Source: the human T2T-CHM13v2.0 reference genome, Homo sapiens. Taken from it: DNA of 64,000 bases. A program made the translations under genes and the position numbers. The notes beneath the pieces are model-generated. The model was given only the letters and a program-made list of their open reading frames with translations, did not search any database and was not told where the DNA came from. Shown piece after piece: positions 14,131-29,906 of the stretch. The stretch is taken from assembly GCF_009914755.1 (NCBI RefSeq), contig NC_060937.1. One strand, written 5' to 3'. Position 1 is the stretch's first letter; each line of letters begins with the position of its first letter.

Positions 14131-17100
14131 TTTTAAAAAGCATCTTTTGAGGAAAAACAGGATATTTTATGGTCTTCTTATTCCAGGTTAAGGGAAAATA
14201 AGCATCTAGGAAAAAAAATTCAACCAGCATTCATCCAATATTCCAGAAAAAGTAACTAAACCTAAAAGAAAGTAGAATATTTACCAATGTATTTTAAGTT
14301 TACTCTCTGATTTTGTTTATGTAATAACAAGAATTTTGTTATTGCACATTGTCAACACTCAACAATAATTAATTGATTGATTCACAGTGCCTGATTTTCT
14401 ATAAGCCTAACTTTGATTTCTTTCAAACTGGAAACAGATGGGTACATGCTTTTAAGGTGTTAATACACTATAGAACATGATCTTCTTTCTCTGAACTCTG
14501 TGCCCTGTTGGCTATAAGAGTAAAGCATTCACTTGGAGGAAGAAATCAGATTTAATCTAAAAGGCATGGTATAGCTATGCAGAGCCCAGACCCTTGTGGT
14601 TGAAACAAAGTGCTTAGTCGGCATTGCTCAGGCAAATCAGAGCAACAAGGGGATAGGAATGCCCCCAGGTCACTGCACACACTGATCTCCGAATAAACTG
14701 AGCTTTTATGAAACAAGTCTCCCCATAAATATGTGCAAATATTATGTATCAATTAAAAAAGTTAAAAAAACAAACACCAGGTACCACATTGTAAGGTGCC
14801 CTTACAGAGCACTGGTTTAATAAAGGTGACATTTCAGAGAGTATTCACTTCTTTTTGTATCAGATTGGTAAAATGTGAGCTCAGCATTTTATTTATATTC
14901 AGGAAATAATGTTAATATTTTACTGAAAATATTAATATTTCTAAAGATTGATCAGTACAAAAGCGTCCACACAAAATTCATCAACATGGTAAGATTGACT
15001 TATGTTTTCTGCAGACAGCTATAACATAATTTGGTATAATCTTTCTGTAGGTAATGTGAAAATACACACTCAAAGACTTAGAATTTCATATATTTCTCTG
15101 ACCCAGCAATTTAATATCTATAAATTTATTCTAAGGAAACAATCATAGATGAGTCTAAAAATATAGCTCTTAGAATATTTATCAGAGTGTATCTACGATA
15201 GTGAAAAAGTAAAAATCTAAATGTTAAAAAGTGGGGAGCTGATTAAATTGCAGTTTATCCACATACCTATTAAAATGATGAGAAATAATATTTAAAGACA
15301 TGGAAACTGATCATATGGTTACAGGTTATAAACAGTATATAAAATACAACTCTGTTTAAAATACATGCACCAATCTATGCCTAAAGAAAACATTGAAAAT
15401 ATATGTACCCAATAGAAAAGACAGCACAAATGATTAGAAGGTCCACAGGAAGGAGTAGCAGAGATGGCAAGCATAGGAGTGAAGAAACAAAAACAAAAAC
15501 AAAAAAGTGGGGAGAATACTGGTTTGAGGAATGAAAAATGTAAGCTTGAATGAACTCTCAAAGAAGAAAAGCAGATTACGTCTAGAATATAAAAAGCAAC
15601 CTATGCAGAAGCTCTGTTAATATCACACTCAAATTGAAAGGCTTGGCTGCCCTTAAGAGCATATTTAGTGAGAGTGAAGAACATCTGAAAACTATGTGTT
15701 AGGTCTAGGGTTCAACACATCTGGCTACTATGTGCCCGGCGCTGCAGCGCCTCTGTAATCCTCTCCATAACCGTAGGATAAGTGAAGCTGGGAAAGGCCA
15801 GGTGGGCAAGGTCACATGGCTATGACAGGGTGAAGCTGGGATTCTGAGCTGGATCTGGCTATCACTAGTGTACGATGCAAGAAAAGAAACGGTTGGTAAC
15901 AAAAATCTTCCATGCTTTTGAACTTGAGGCCCACGATGGAGAAAAAAACCTGTCAAACTGTGGTATACTAGGCATGCTTTATCAATATCTCAAAAATTGA
16001 CAATGCTGCGGGCTATTGCTACAGGTCAAATTACATATGTGAAAAATCATTAAGTGGACACAACACACCACAGATGGTCTATAAACACTGATTACAGCCC
16101 TGCCATATTCATGTGCCTATACTGACAAAGATGGGGGGTGAATTGTACTGATGTATGTCGATGCATTATTGAATGTGTAAGAGGCTTTTGTGCAAGCGAG
16201 GACCACTCTCTTCTATTATGCCTTATTTAATGTAACAATGCATATTCCTATAAACATTTTAAACAATTAGCATTCCTCTATTCATTAAAGTGTATACTCC
16301 CTTACATATGTGTATAGGACTTCCACAATAATAAATAAAAATGTTTGAATTTTTACCAATTATAATCCCTCATACTTATCAATATTGACTAAAAGTCATC
16401 TTATAAATGTTTCTAAATATTTGATTAAGTCATCAGTCCAGTAGACAAACTTCTCATAAATGTTTTAAACACCTAAAAAGCGACTTAACCAGATACTAAA
16501 TAGCACAAAGATCTTACAATACTCTTTTATGTCTAGCTTCTTTTGCTTATTATATTTTTGTGATTCATCTGTGTTTCTGCATGTATCAACACTTCATTCC
16601 TTTTTATTGCTCATTGGTATTCCATGCTATAGATATACCACAAGTTTCTTATTCATTCACTTGTTGAATATTTGGGTAGTTTCCAATTTTTGGTTATTAT
16701 AAATAGCGACTGTTGGCATTCATGTGCTAGCTAGCTTTGTGCAGATATACAGGCTTTTATTCTTACTCTGTTCTTATTCTTATCCTTATGCCTTCTCAGT
16801 TACATATTTGAAATTACAGCAATTTGATCCAATTTTATTTCTGTTTTTCCCCCTAAAGTTGCAATAATCTTATCAGATTATAAAGGTAAAAATAAAACAA
16901 AACAAAAATTAGATCTTCTGCAGTTTCAAGATCTGTGAGGTTCTTGGTTGAGACCTCAATTTGATTTCATAGTCCAGTGTAAGGCAAAACCTGAGTCATT
17001 AGCCAAGTGCCTTTTACACGTAAGTTGCACCTTAAAATTTAATCAATGGGACTTTTATTTAAAATTTAAAATTTAATCAAAGGGAATTTTAAGTCGACTT

Positions 17101-17766
17101 TCTCACAGATTTTGGTTTGTTGAAATTTGGTATATTTCTCAGAAATTATATTGGTTTAGGTTTCAAATGGCTGACTTTGACAAACTCATTGTTCTGCCAT
17201 TATGATATATTCACCTTGTTTGATGTTTTAATTGAAAACACATTACTGCCTTATGAGTATCTCATTACAATGAATCATTTGGAGGTTTTCTTTTCCAGGA
17301 GAAGAGGAACCAAGTTAACTCTCTTCTTTGGGCCATTTGGCTGGTTAATCATTTTGGAATACAAAGATTTTGATTGGTTATTATGCAATATGTGTTGATT
17401 GACAACTGGATCCCTTTCTACCTTGTTATGAGTGTACAGCTGGTGCTGATTAGATTTCTCTGTTTTTGGTACAGTTTCTGCTTTTCCTGGAATTGTTTCA
17501 TTAACTTGTGGATTTATATGTGTGTGTGTGTGTTCACTTATTGCTTACACAGATTCCAGAAGAACTATGCTTTATAAGCCAACATGTACTTAAGAGGAGA
17601 CACAAACCTCCAAATATATTAACATATGTAATAATGTTTTTATAACTACCTTTCTGTAACTTTTATATAGACTCTTCTCTTTTGAGTATCATAATGAACT
17701 TACAGGTGCTCACAAACTCATTCAGTTCAATTAGGATACTTTATACTCATTCAATTCCATTAGGAT

Positions 17767-17950
17767 ACCAGTTCTCAAAATGTGGACCCTGGATCAGCAG
17801 CTGCAGCTTCACCTGGGAACATGTTAGAAATGCAGATTCCTGGGCCCCACTCCAGACCCACAGAATCAGAAACCGGTAGTGGACCCAGCCATGTGTGTGT
17901 TTTAACCCCTCCAGGGGATTCTGACACTCTCTCAGGTTTGAGAATCACTG
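17767..17950. mobile_element. MER5A (hAT-Charlie MITE)
   Basis: Terminal inverted repeats cagttctcaaa / tttgagaatcactg; gttagaaatgcagattcctgggcccc core. Confidence 0.85.
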
Positions 17951-19169
17951 ATTTCCACTGCATATAAAGATGATGATACTTAAATTGTCATTACATGGCA
18001 GATGGAGCCTACCCCAAGTTGCTGTACTCCAGACATTTTCAAAAAACATCTTTGCTTTCTGGAAACAATAGGATATTCCAGTTTCAAAATAATCTTTTCT
18101 CCTTCTCTAAGACATTCAATCAGCTGCTACTCTCCAAGGAGTCTTTTTTCCTTTTAGTGAAATTAGAGAACAAATTCCTGGTGCTAGTGATGCTCACATG
18201 TATTAGGGATGATCCAAAGAACAGCTGCTGATGTTGGGCCACATTTAATGAGAGCTTAAAGGTTCTGTACTCACACGGACCTCCCCCCTGCATTTAACAT
18301 AAGTTACCATATTCAACTTTACTTATGGTAGATTTTATTGAATGCTAAGATTTTCTACTACCTTGACAACATAGAGCTTAATATTTCATTGTTTCTTTTT
18401 CATGCAAAGTTACCCAAACTCTAAACGTTTAAGAAGTTAGTAAGTTAACTATGTTTCCTTCTCAAAAAGTCATCTTTCTGAAGAGCAAATCAAGAGGATA
18501 AACAGCTCATTCAGGAAGCCATGAGGCTAGCTGTAGAAGGAGTGGGTTCCTCTCCCCCACTCTAAGCGTGACAGGATGGGGTCATGAGGAGTGCTGCTTC
18601 CACAGCCCTGGGACCCCCTGTAGCTGGTCTGTTTCTTATTGAAAACATGATCATTACGCTATTCATATTTCATTGTAATTAGTGTGATCATCTTGAAGTT
18701 TTCTCTACCAGAAGAATCTGGAAAAAGATGCTACCTAGCAAGGAATATTGCATTCTTCTACTTCTCCCCACTCACACGATGCTGGCAGTGTGTCAGCCTA
18801 GTTTATGTGTGTGTTCATTTAATCATTTCTACCCCATGAGCACCTGTGTTAGAACACAGGGAAGAGTAAAGTAATCACACTGGAATGTACAAAACAGGGC
18901 TGTGGGATAGTAGAAGATGGAGACTCCACTGCCTGGTCCTTACAAAGTCATGATTTACTGCTCCATTCCCAGCCTCAACTCCAAACCAAAGCAGATGTTC
19001 ATCTAAAATAAGCTGTGGGTAGAGCAGATGGGCAGTGTGGAGGTGGGAGCAGACGAGGACAAATAAGGGCCAGGTGAGAATTTGGCCCATTCTGAAGAAT
19101 TTTAGATTTCTGTATATAATTTTTTTTTTCCTGACAGTGGTGAAAATAATCTCTTGCATTAATAGTCTG

Positions 19170-19615
19170 TGTCTCACATGTCCGTGTGAAGAGACCACCA
19201 AACAGGCTTTGTGTGAGCAACATGGCTGCTTATTTCACCTGGGTGTAGTCAGGCTGAGTCCAAAAAGAGAGTCAGCAAAGGGTGGTGGGATTCTCATTAG
19301 TTCTTACAGGTTTTGGAATAGGCGGTGGAGTTAAGAGCAATGTTTTGGGGGCAGGGGGTGGATCTCACAAAGTACATTCTCAAGGGTGGAGAGAATCACA
19401 AAGAACCTTCTTAAGGGTAGTGGAGATGGGTGGGGGAGATTACAAAGTACACTGATCAGTTAGGGTGGGGCAGAAACAAATCACAATGGTGGAATGTCAT
19501 CAGTTAAGGCTATTTTCACTTCTTTTGTGGGTCTTCAGTTGCTTCAGGTCATGTGCATGTATACTTGCAGGTCACTGGGGATATGATGGTTTAGCTTGGG
19601 CTCAGAGGCCTGACA
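19170..19615 (-). mobile_element. Solo LTR7 (HERV-H)
   Basis: tgtctcacatgtccgtgtgaagagaccaccaaacaggc...agcttgggctcagaggcctgaca; perfect 5-bp TSD gtctg. Confidence 0.93.
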
Positions 19616-20224
19616 GTCTGTTAGCTTTATTGTATTCTAATAGTGTTGGACTATGCATTGGAACTAGGTGGTCTTTATCTGAGAAAGTTTAATTAACACC
19701 ATTTATAAAATAACCAAGCACACAAATGAACCATCCTCATTGGTGCGAGGAAGAAATTCGCATTTGCTTTCCACTTAGTCTTACAAAGTCTATCTCCACA
19801 TTTAGGAGTGTCAGAGACATTAGTACAGAGAAATGCTACTGGAAATGTGGAGAGAAAGAGGAATGTGTAACTTCAGAAGGGAGAGACAGAGTCAAATTTG
19901 CCCAAAAAATGATTCCCTGGGTGATCTTCAGAGACTCAATTAACCTCTCTGCATCCGTGTCTTGGTTTACTAGGGGTGGCATAAATTTGCTCTTCCTTAA
20001 GTCATGAACAACACAGCCCTAAATGTATGAGACAGATTTGTGTTTTTGGAAGACGATGTAAAAAGGCATATTGTATAGTTATTTTTATTTGTGAATACAT
20101 TTGTAAATACATTTGTAAACGTTGATATTGTACATTTGTGACACACTGATAGTTAATAAAGGATTTTTGCATGTGGCTCTTATTTAAATGTTCCCCAAAG
20201 CTAAAGTCACCAGGTTGTTTTCTA

Positions 20225-20350
20225 ATTTTATACGTGAGGAAGCCGAGGCTCAGAAAGGTTGCCCATCCTGGCACACAGCTAGTTTATGGGCCGGGCAAAT
20301 ATCAGAGTCCAGGTCTTCTGACCCTTAGTTCAGAGTGCTCTTACTAGGAA
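20225..20350 (+). mobile_element. MIR fragment
   Basis: attttatacgtgaggaagccgaggctcagaaaggtt...cacacagctagt. Confidence 0.7.
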
Positions 20351-20924
20351 CCAACTGCACCTTTACTGTTGCTAATTAGAGAAATGTGTGTGGTGACCAT
20401 TCACTCATTCATCCGTTCAACAAATGTAAATTAAATACTTACCAAGTGGCAGGCACCAGGGTACAAAAACACCAGTGACACAGATCACAATTTGCCAAAC
20501 TGGTTTGGGTTGCAAAGGGAGTGCTAGCTTATTTCTAACATTTGAAATACTTTTTTTTTCCTCTGTCACATTAGGACTAAAAAGGTTTAAGTCCTATTCT
20601 CCTTCTTCCCATTGATTATGGGTGTGGCTGAACCACTCAGAAATTCATCACCGGTAACCAAGTGAGTTCAATGGTCTTTGAATGGGTTGCAGGCTGTGGG
20701 TGTGGTGTGGTGGGGTGGGGGCAGCATTGCTGGACAGAGCAGAGAGGGCAGGGTAGACCTTGGGCCCGGGGAGTGGATCCTGAGGACACCACTTGTCTTT
20801 TTGATTCCCAGATGGTGGCAGCAGAGAATTGTAAAACCCAGCTGTGGGGAAACTCCTGTTTTGAGGCTGTTCAAGAAGTGCTGTGGTTGTTTTGGCTTAA
20901 AATCACATTAAAGTGCTTTTCTTA

Positions 20925-21240
<316 letters not shown>

Positions 21241-21289
21241 AGTGCTTTTATTTCTCTAAGCGTTAAGAAGTCGACCAGCCTTTCCACTC

Positions 21290-21720
21290 TTAAGTATTTA
21301 CCCAGGAGCAAACAATAGCATCTGCCTGTCCTTGTATTTGTAATAGCTCAAAGTCGAAACAGCCCAAATGTCCATCAGCAGGTGAGTAGATAAACAAATT
21401 GTGATATATTCATTCAATGGAATATTATTCTGCAATAAAAAAGGAGTGAACTGTTGTTGATATATACAGCAACATGGAGAAATCTCAAACACTAATTATA
21501 GAAAGAGTACATACTGCATGATTCCATTTATATAAAATTCTAAAAATTGCAAATCAATCCATAGTGACAGAGAATGGCTCATCGGTTGCCTGGGAATGGG
21601 GAGGGGACAGGAAAGAGTGAGAAGGGATTAGAGCGGGGAGTTGGTTATGTTCACTACCTTGTGAATGTACCCAGTTATGTTTGTTGTAGTCAGTTATATT
21701 CACAGAAATCTATAAAAAAA
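21290..21720 (+). mobile_element. L1ME/L1MC-like 3' region
   Basis: cccaaatgtccatcagc, aatggaatattattc, catactgcatgattccatttatataaaattc. Confidence 0.7.
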
Positions 21721-22834
21721 ATTACAGATATTTTTCATTCTCTAAAAAGTCCCATCTTCTCAGCCATGCTAGGCTTTCTTTAAGGAGGGCTCTTACCTCT
21801 GGAACATTCTGCTTACATTTGTCCCTCATTTATTATAAATCACTGGTGGTCCCTGCTAGGAAGCAGGCAGTTAGCAGGAGTTAGGGAGGCAGTGTGGGAG
21901 GAAGGTCACTTGGGGTCATGGAAAGAGGTCAACTAAGGAGTCAGACAGATGGGGTGCAAAGCATGGTATCCCATTAGCTGGGTCATGTCAGGTGGGTTCT
22001 TTGCTGTTTGAACCTCAGTTTTCTTCATTTTTTTGTAATTGAAAAAGTTTTAATTGATACATAGTAGTTATACAGATTTATGGGTACATGTGATATTTTG
22101 TTACGTGCATAGGATGTGTAATGATCAAGTCAGGGGATTCAGGGTATCTGTCACCTTGTGTATTTGTTTCTATGTGTTGGGAACATTTTAAGTCCTCTCT
22201 TCTAGCTATTTTTGAAATATAACTCAATTTTCTTCCCTGTAAAGTGGAGATCCTAATACTGACATCATGGGTTCATCAGGAGGACAGAGGGTGAATGTGA
22301 AGGGTCTGATATGTGTCCGGTGCCAGGGTGGCTTCTCCTTCCTACAGACTGTGCCAGGGACACCCATTTGCCAGAGAAATCTTAGGCTTTTCTGGGACTT
22401 TTTAGGATGGTTGGAGCAGTGGCATTTTGGCTTAAAGATGGTGATTTCATGGGTCTGGATGCAAAGAAGCACATGCGCTTGCTTTTGAAAGGGGAAACAG
22501 AATAGAGCTTATGGGTACAAAATCCTGATAATCAGGGAAGGCAAACTGCATAGCTGCCCCTCTTTAAAAAAAAAGTATTACTGAGGTATATTTATCTACA
22601 GTTAAGTGCATAATAAATCTTAAGTGTACAGTTCAATGGGTCCTGACAAAGGCACACCGCCATGTAACGATCACCCAAATCAAGGTGGGGCTTCTGAAAT
22701 TTCCCTTGTGAACCTTTCCACTGGGGAGCACCTCTCCCTGGAAGCAGCCGTTGATCTGACACATAGCTCCACAGATCAGTTTTACAGATCTGGACTTAGG
22801 ATCCATATAAGTGGAACTATATAGTATGTACTTC

Positions 22835-23350
22835 TGTTAGTTTTCTAGTTGTTGCTGTAACAAATTAGCACTAATTTAGTGGCTTAAAATAACACAAATT
22901 TAAATACATATTATTTAATAAACAATAAAGTTTTTTTATATTAGAAGTCCAACAGAGTTGGACTTTGCTGGACCACAGTCAAGGTATCTGCCGATCTATG
23001 TCCTTTTCTGGAGGCTCTAGGGGAGAATTTATTTTCTTGTCTTTTCAAGCTTTTAGAGGCCACCTGCATTTCTTGGCCTATGGCCCCTTCCTCTGTCTTT
23101 AAAGCCAGCAATGTTGCATCTCTACAATTCCTCTGTAGCCATCTCTCTCTCCGACCACAGCCAGGAAAGGTTTTCTACTTCTAAGAACTCATGTGATTAG
23201 ACTGGGCCCACGTGGATAACCCAGGCATATCGTCCTATTTCAAGATCCTTAATCTTCATCATATGAAGTCTCTTTTGCCAGGTAAGGTAACATACTGATT
23301 GCAGCGATTAGGATGGTCATCTTTGAGGGGTCATTATTCCACCTACTGCA
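22835..23350 (-). mobile_element. MLT1D/E-type LTR
   Basis: tgttagttttc...gctgtaacaaatt...tggaggctctagggg...cattattccacctactgca. Confidence 0.75.
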
Positions 23351-23720
23351 GCACTCTTGCAAACATACTGTTTCTAAGATTTATCCATGTGTGTGTTAGT
23401 AGTTCGTTCTATTGCCGAGCAGTATTCCATTGCATGAATATACCACAGTTGTGAGTTCATTCTTCCTTTGATGAACATTTGTGTTGTTACCAGCTTTTGG
23501 CTATTATGAATAAATATTCCTTTTTACATTGTTTTTCATTTCTTTTAGGATAAATATGTAGGAGAATTGCTAGCTTATAGGGTAATTGTATATTTGACTA
23601 TTCATATGATTCTTGGTCATTAATATATACTCTTTTGTGAGTTGTATGTTTCAATGTTTTATCATTTTTAATTTTTACCAGTTTGTCTATTTGTGATTAC
23701 TTTGTAGATGGGTCTTTCTA

Positions 23721-24098
<378 letters not shown>

Positions 24099-24619
24099 CT
24101 AATGGCGTCTTGGATCAATGAAAGTTTTTAATATTGATAAGGTCTAGTTTCTCAAATTTTAAAAAATAATTAGTGCTTTTTGTAACCTGTCTAAAAAAAT
24201 CTTTTACTACATCAAGGTCATGAAGATATTCTTCTGTTTTATTTTGAAAGTTTTATAGTTTTAGCTTTCACATTTAGGTCTATGATCTATTTTAAATTAA
24301 TTTTTGTGGGGGGTATATAGTAGATGTTACAGTAAAATGTTTTCTGTACAGATGGCCAGTTATTCCAGCACCACTTTTTAAAAACACTTTTCTTTCTTCA
24401 TTGAATTTCATGGACAGTTTTATTTATCAATTAATCAAATATGTATATAACTATTTTTGGACTTTATTCTGTTCCAATGGTCCATTTGCCAGTCCTTGGC
24501 AAATACCACACTGTTTTAATTATTGTAAATTTATAGTATGTCTTGAAACCACATAGGGTAACTTTATCCTTCTTTAATATGATTTTAGTTACTATAGGCC
24601 AATTTGGGGTTTATTTCAC

Positions 24620-25450
24620 TTTTGTGAATAAATTGTGTTCCACTCCACAAGATATGTTCAAATCCTAACCCCTGTACTTGTGAATGTGACCTTACTTGGA
24701 AATAGTGTCTTTTCAGATGTAATCAAGTTAGGATGAGGTCATACTGAATTAGGGTGGGCCTAATATAATATGATTGGCGTCCTCCTAAAATAAGGAGAAA
24801 AGACACAGCTAAAGACACATGGGGAACACCATGTGAAGCTGGAGGCAGAGATGGCAGTGATGCATCTACAAGCCAAGGAATGCCAAAGATTGCCAGCAGA
24901 CCACCAGGAGCTAGGAAAGTGTGTTAGTCTGTTCTCATGCTGCTGATAAAGACATACCCGAGACTGGGTAATTTATAAAGAAAAAGAGGTTTAATGGACT
25001 CACAGTTCCATGTGGCTGGGGAGGCCTCAAATCATGGTGGAAGGCAAAAGCCTGTCTTACATGGCAGCAGAAAAGAGAGAGAATGAGAGCCAAGTGAAAG
25101 GAGTTTCCCCTTATAAAACCATCAGATCTCATGAGACTTACTCACTACCACGAGAATGGTATGGGGGAAACTGCCCCCATGATTCAGTTATCTCCCAGTG
25201 GGTCCCTCCCACAACATGTGGGAATTATGGGAGCTACGATTCAAGATGAGATTTGGGTGGGGACACAGCCAAACCATATCAGAGAGGCCTGGAACAGATT
25301 CTCCCTTAGAGATTTCAGTGGGAACCAACCCTGCCAACACCTAGATTTTGAACTTCTAACCTTCAAAAGTTGGTAACAGAAAACCTTTCTATTGTTTTAA
25401 GCTACCCAGTTTGTGACTCTTTGCTATGGCAGCCCTAGCAAAAGAATACA
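24620..25450 (+). mobile_element. MLT1B/C LTR, split by THE1
   Basis: aatcctaacccc...gaatgtgacctta...ggcctggaacagattctccc...gttttaagctacccagtttgt. Confidence 0.75.
24920..25281 (-). mobile_element. THE1 solo LTR
   Basis: tgtgttagtctgttctcatgctgctg...gggacacagccaaaccatatca; TSD ga(a/g)ag. Confidence 0.9.
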
Positions 25451-25606
25451 GTCACTGAAACAGGACTCATCCTTGCTTAAGCCATAAGGAAATGACTGTC
25501 TATTAAACTCACAATTCCAGGGTTGAGAGATTCCAGATGGGATTTGTTTGAGGCATTTGGTATCAGGGTTAGATTCAGTTGTAAAGATCAGAAATCCCCT
25601 AAATAG

Positions 25607-26058
<452 letters not shown>

Positions 26059-26627
26059 TGAAATCTAGCTTCAGGTCTGTCTTTCATGGAACAAGAAGAA
26101 GCAAGGATGAGGGTGCCTGTCCCCTTCCCGTAAGGAGGCATTCCAGAGGTTTCACAGGATACTTCTGCTTACAGCCTGTTGTCCAAAATTTAGTCACATT
26201 ACCACACCTAACTGCAAAACAGGCTGGGAATATAGTCTTTATTTCAGGAATTCATGGGTCCACCTATTCATTACTAAACAGGATGGGGAGACCTGATATT
26301 AGGAAACAACTAGAAGTTTTTCCACAGAGTGTCTGTGGAGGAACATCAGGTGATTGGGTATAAGAGACTTGAGAGTTAAAAAAAAGTCAGTTCTGGAAAT
26401 AAAGATTTCAAAGCTCTCCCATGTTAGGTAAGATTTTGAGAGGGGAGGAGATGGCCTGAAGAGAGTGTAGAGTGGGAAGAAAAGGTCAAGTAGGGAACCA
26501 CTGACATTAATGATCACTCAAAGAAGGAGGACTCAGCAGGGGCCCGAGAAGAATGATAAGGCCAGGAGCTGGATACTTAGGACAGGTTTCAAGGAGAGAG
26601 TAGTCAGGAGTGTGCGGGGGAAGAGAT

Positions 26628-27047
26628 GCTGCTATTGTCTCCACTGTCCTCCAAAATTCTTATGCTGAAACTTAATTGCCAGTGTAATAGCCTTAGGGGG
26701 AGGGTTCATTCCCTTCTGTCCGTTCTACCATGTGAGAACAAAGCAAGAAGGCCCTCACCAGACACTGGATGCTGGTGCCTTGCTCTTGGATTTCCCAGCC
26801 TCCAGAACTGTGAGAAATACATTTCTTTTTTTAAATTTATTTTCTTAAAAAAATTTTTGGTAGAGATGGCATCTTGCTATATTGTCCAGGCTAATCTCGA
26901 ACTCCTGGCCTCAAATGATCCTCCTGCCTCTGCCTCTCAAAGTGTGGGGATTACAGGCATCCGCCACCACACCCAGGGACATTTGTGTTCTTTATAAATT
27001 ACCCAGTTTGCAGTATTTTGTTATAGCAGCACAAGTGGACTAAGACA
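26628..27047 (+). mobile_element. MST-type LTR containing an antisense FLAM/Alu monomer (~26805-26976)
   Basis: gaaggccctcaccagac, ttcccagcctccagaactgtgagaaat, ttgttatagcagcacaagtggactaagaca. Confidence 0.7.
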
Positions 27048-27234
27048 GATGCCAATTAAGAAAAAGAACCGGTCTTTAAAAACACAAGAAGCTGTGGTTG
27101 TCCTGTTTCAAATCAAAGGCTAACTCGTCTTTTTCTGGAAGGAGATCTGTGTGACCGAATGACCTTCTGGAACTTGGAATGTGTGTAAATCCCACTATAA
27201 GGATGTGATGGTTAATTTGGGCCTAGGGCCAGAC

Positions 27235-27645
27235 ACAGAAAGACAAACACCACATGGTCTCACTCATATGTGGAATCTAAAAAAGCTGATTTCATAGAAG
27301 TAGAGTGGAATAGTGGTTACCAGAGGCTGGGAGGGTAGGGAGGAGGGGAGAACAGGGAGAGGCTGGTCAACGGGTACAAAGTTACAGTTAGACAGGAAGA
27401 GTGAGTTCTGGTGTTTTATCACACAGCTGGGTGACTATAGTAAATAACAACGCAGTACACATTTCAAGAACCTAGAAGAGAAGGTTTTGAATGTCACAAC
27501 AAAGAAATGATAAATGTTTAAAGTGATGGCTATGATAACTATCCTGATTTGATCATTATACAATGTAAAGATATATTGAAACATCACACTGTAACCCATA
27601 CATATATACAATTATTATGTTAATTATAAATAAAAATTAATAAAA
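27235..27645 (+). mobile_element. L1MA 3' end
   Basis: ctcactcatatgtggaatctaaaaaagctg...aacatcacactgtaacccata...aattataaataaaa. Confidence 0.8.
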
Positions 27646-29906
27646 GATTTAGGCTGAGGGCTGATGAAAGACACAGCTCCATGTCCCTTCTCAGTGAGGG
27701 ATGAGATGGTCACTCATCATCTCTGTCACTATGGTCAGGTGGCTGAGGACCAGAGGAGGCCCTGGGACAGAAAAGGGGCTGAGTTTAAGCTTTGCCTTTT
27801 ATCTGCTTCTAGGGAAGGAATCAAGATGCATACAGAAGGGGACTCGCTTGCACAGGAGATATGTACAAGGATGGTAACTGTAGCATTATCTGTGAGAGAG
27901 AAACACTGGAAATAACCCAAGTGCCTATCAACTGGAGAGTAGATGAATAAATCATGCTGTAGGCATTCAATAGACTTCTATTTGGCAGATAATGAATAAA
28001 CTAGATCTGTGTGTATCTCAATATGTGCAAAAGCAATATTGAATGAAAATAAAGCATGTTGCAGCATGAAAGCAGTTACGTAAACTAGAAAAACCACAGA
28101 AAGAAATTCTGTAGGTTTTTTATGGAAACATAAATATAGTTTAGGTATAAAAATATGGATGGGAGAGTATTTACCAAATTCATGGTAGTGGCTGTCTTTG
28201 GGGAGGAAGGTGACTTGGACTGGGAAGGGTGATCAGGGGGTTTCAACTTTATCTGTACTGCTCTTTTCTCTTATTCAAAAATATTCAAAGCATGTGAAAA
28301 GGTGGCTAATTTGTTACTTATTAGGGAAATGTAAATTAAAGCCACAGTAAGGAGGAGGGGAAGGAGGAGAAGGAGGAAGAGAAGAAAAATCCTAGTAAGA
28401 TACCAGTACACACTCACCAGAATGGCTAATATTAATGAGTCTAACACATCATATGTTGGCACAAATATGGAGCAGCTGGAACTCTTAGACTTTGGTGGGA
28501 GTGTATATTCATTCAAGCACTTTGGAAAATGGTTTGGCAGTATCTATGAAAGTGAAACATATGCCTATCCCGTGATTCTGAAATTCTGCCCCTAGATAGA
28601 TACCCAAGAGAAGTGAGTACACATGTGCACCAAAATAAATGTACAAGGATGTTCATTGCAGCTTTATTTATATTAGCCAGTGACTAATCAAACCAATTTG
28701 GTTATTCTACTTCTAGATGTAGATGTTAGATAGTCTTAATCATGTACCCAAGAACACAGGTGCAAGAAGATTCATTGCAACACTATTTACAACAGCAGCA
28801 ACAACAACAACATCAAAATAACAACTCAAATGTCCACCCTCAGGAGGATGCATTAATACTGCAATAACACAGATGAATCTTATAGACATTATGTTAAGCA
28901 GAAGAAGCCAGGCATAAATGATTACATGCAATGTAACTTTGTTTTAAGGAGCTCTACAATAGGCAAAACTAATTCCTAGTGACAGGATTCAGAATAAGGG
29001 TTCATTATGGGGTGCTACTGATTAGAAAATAGCATAGAGACCCTTCTGAGGTGATGATGATCTATTACATCTTCATCTGAATGGTAACTACACAGGTGTC
29101 TACACAAGTAAACATTTATTAAACTCTACACTCAGGATTTGTGTACTTTATTGTATGTTTAAGTTAGGTCTCAAAAATATCGGAAGCAAGCATGACAAAT
29201 TGTTAACATATGTTAATTCTTGGTGGTGGGTACACACAATATTACTCAATCTCTACGTTTTCCTATATATTAAAATATATTTATAATTAGGAAAGAGAGA
29301 GGGTACTAGTCCTTTGGAATCAAAGTGACACTCATCCTAGAGCTGGTGACACTCCATTTGAGTCCGGGCCCCTTGCCCAGCCATCTCCCCAGTGTGTGGG
29401 CAGGTTCCCTTACAGTGGGGTGCAGCTGACAGCAGCCAACCAATCTCTCCTGGGTAAAGAGCTTCTTCATTTGTTTGGTAAATTATAGCGGTTGTTAAAG
29501 ATGGGACTGTTTTGTAGGCTCCTCTGAAGATCAGCTCGACTGATTGTTTAGCTGACAGGGACCCTGAGCCATCATGCAAGAGCTGGGTTGGATATCTACT
29601 TCCCTGCACCCCAGCTCTGGCCAGAGGGAGAGCTGCATTTGAAGGTAGCCTCATGGCTTCAGCTCCCAGATTGGCTGCTGGTCTGTTAGCTCAGGGCATC
29701 ACCAGTGGGTGCCAGCGACAGGTCGAAGAGAATGAGGGATGGAGAGAGAGAAAAAAAGAATGTAAAAGGCGATAAAGAAGAAGGGAAGGAAAAGACAAAA
29801 TGAAAGCTGCAGATGACTTGCCGTGTTGCTTCCAGGACCTGGGTTCTCTGCTTTATTTCCTCCTCCTCCTGGCTTCCCAGCTATCCACCTTGCAGGAACT
29901 CAGAGC

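Noticed and set aside
15400-17560. Possible exons or a degraded DNA transposon in unique-looking sequence (e.g. ttttccag acceptor near 17298)
   Set aside because: No matching donor or recognisable protein motif
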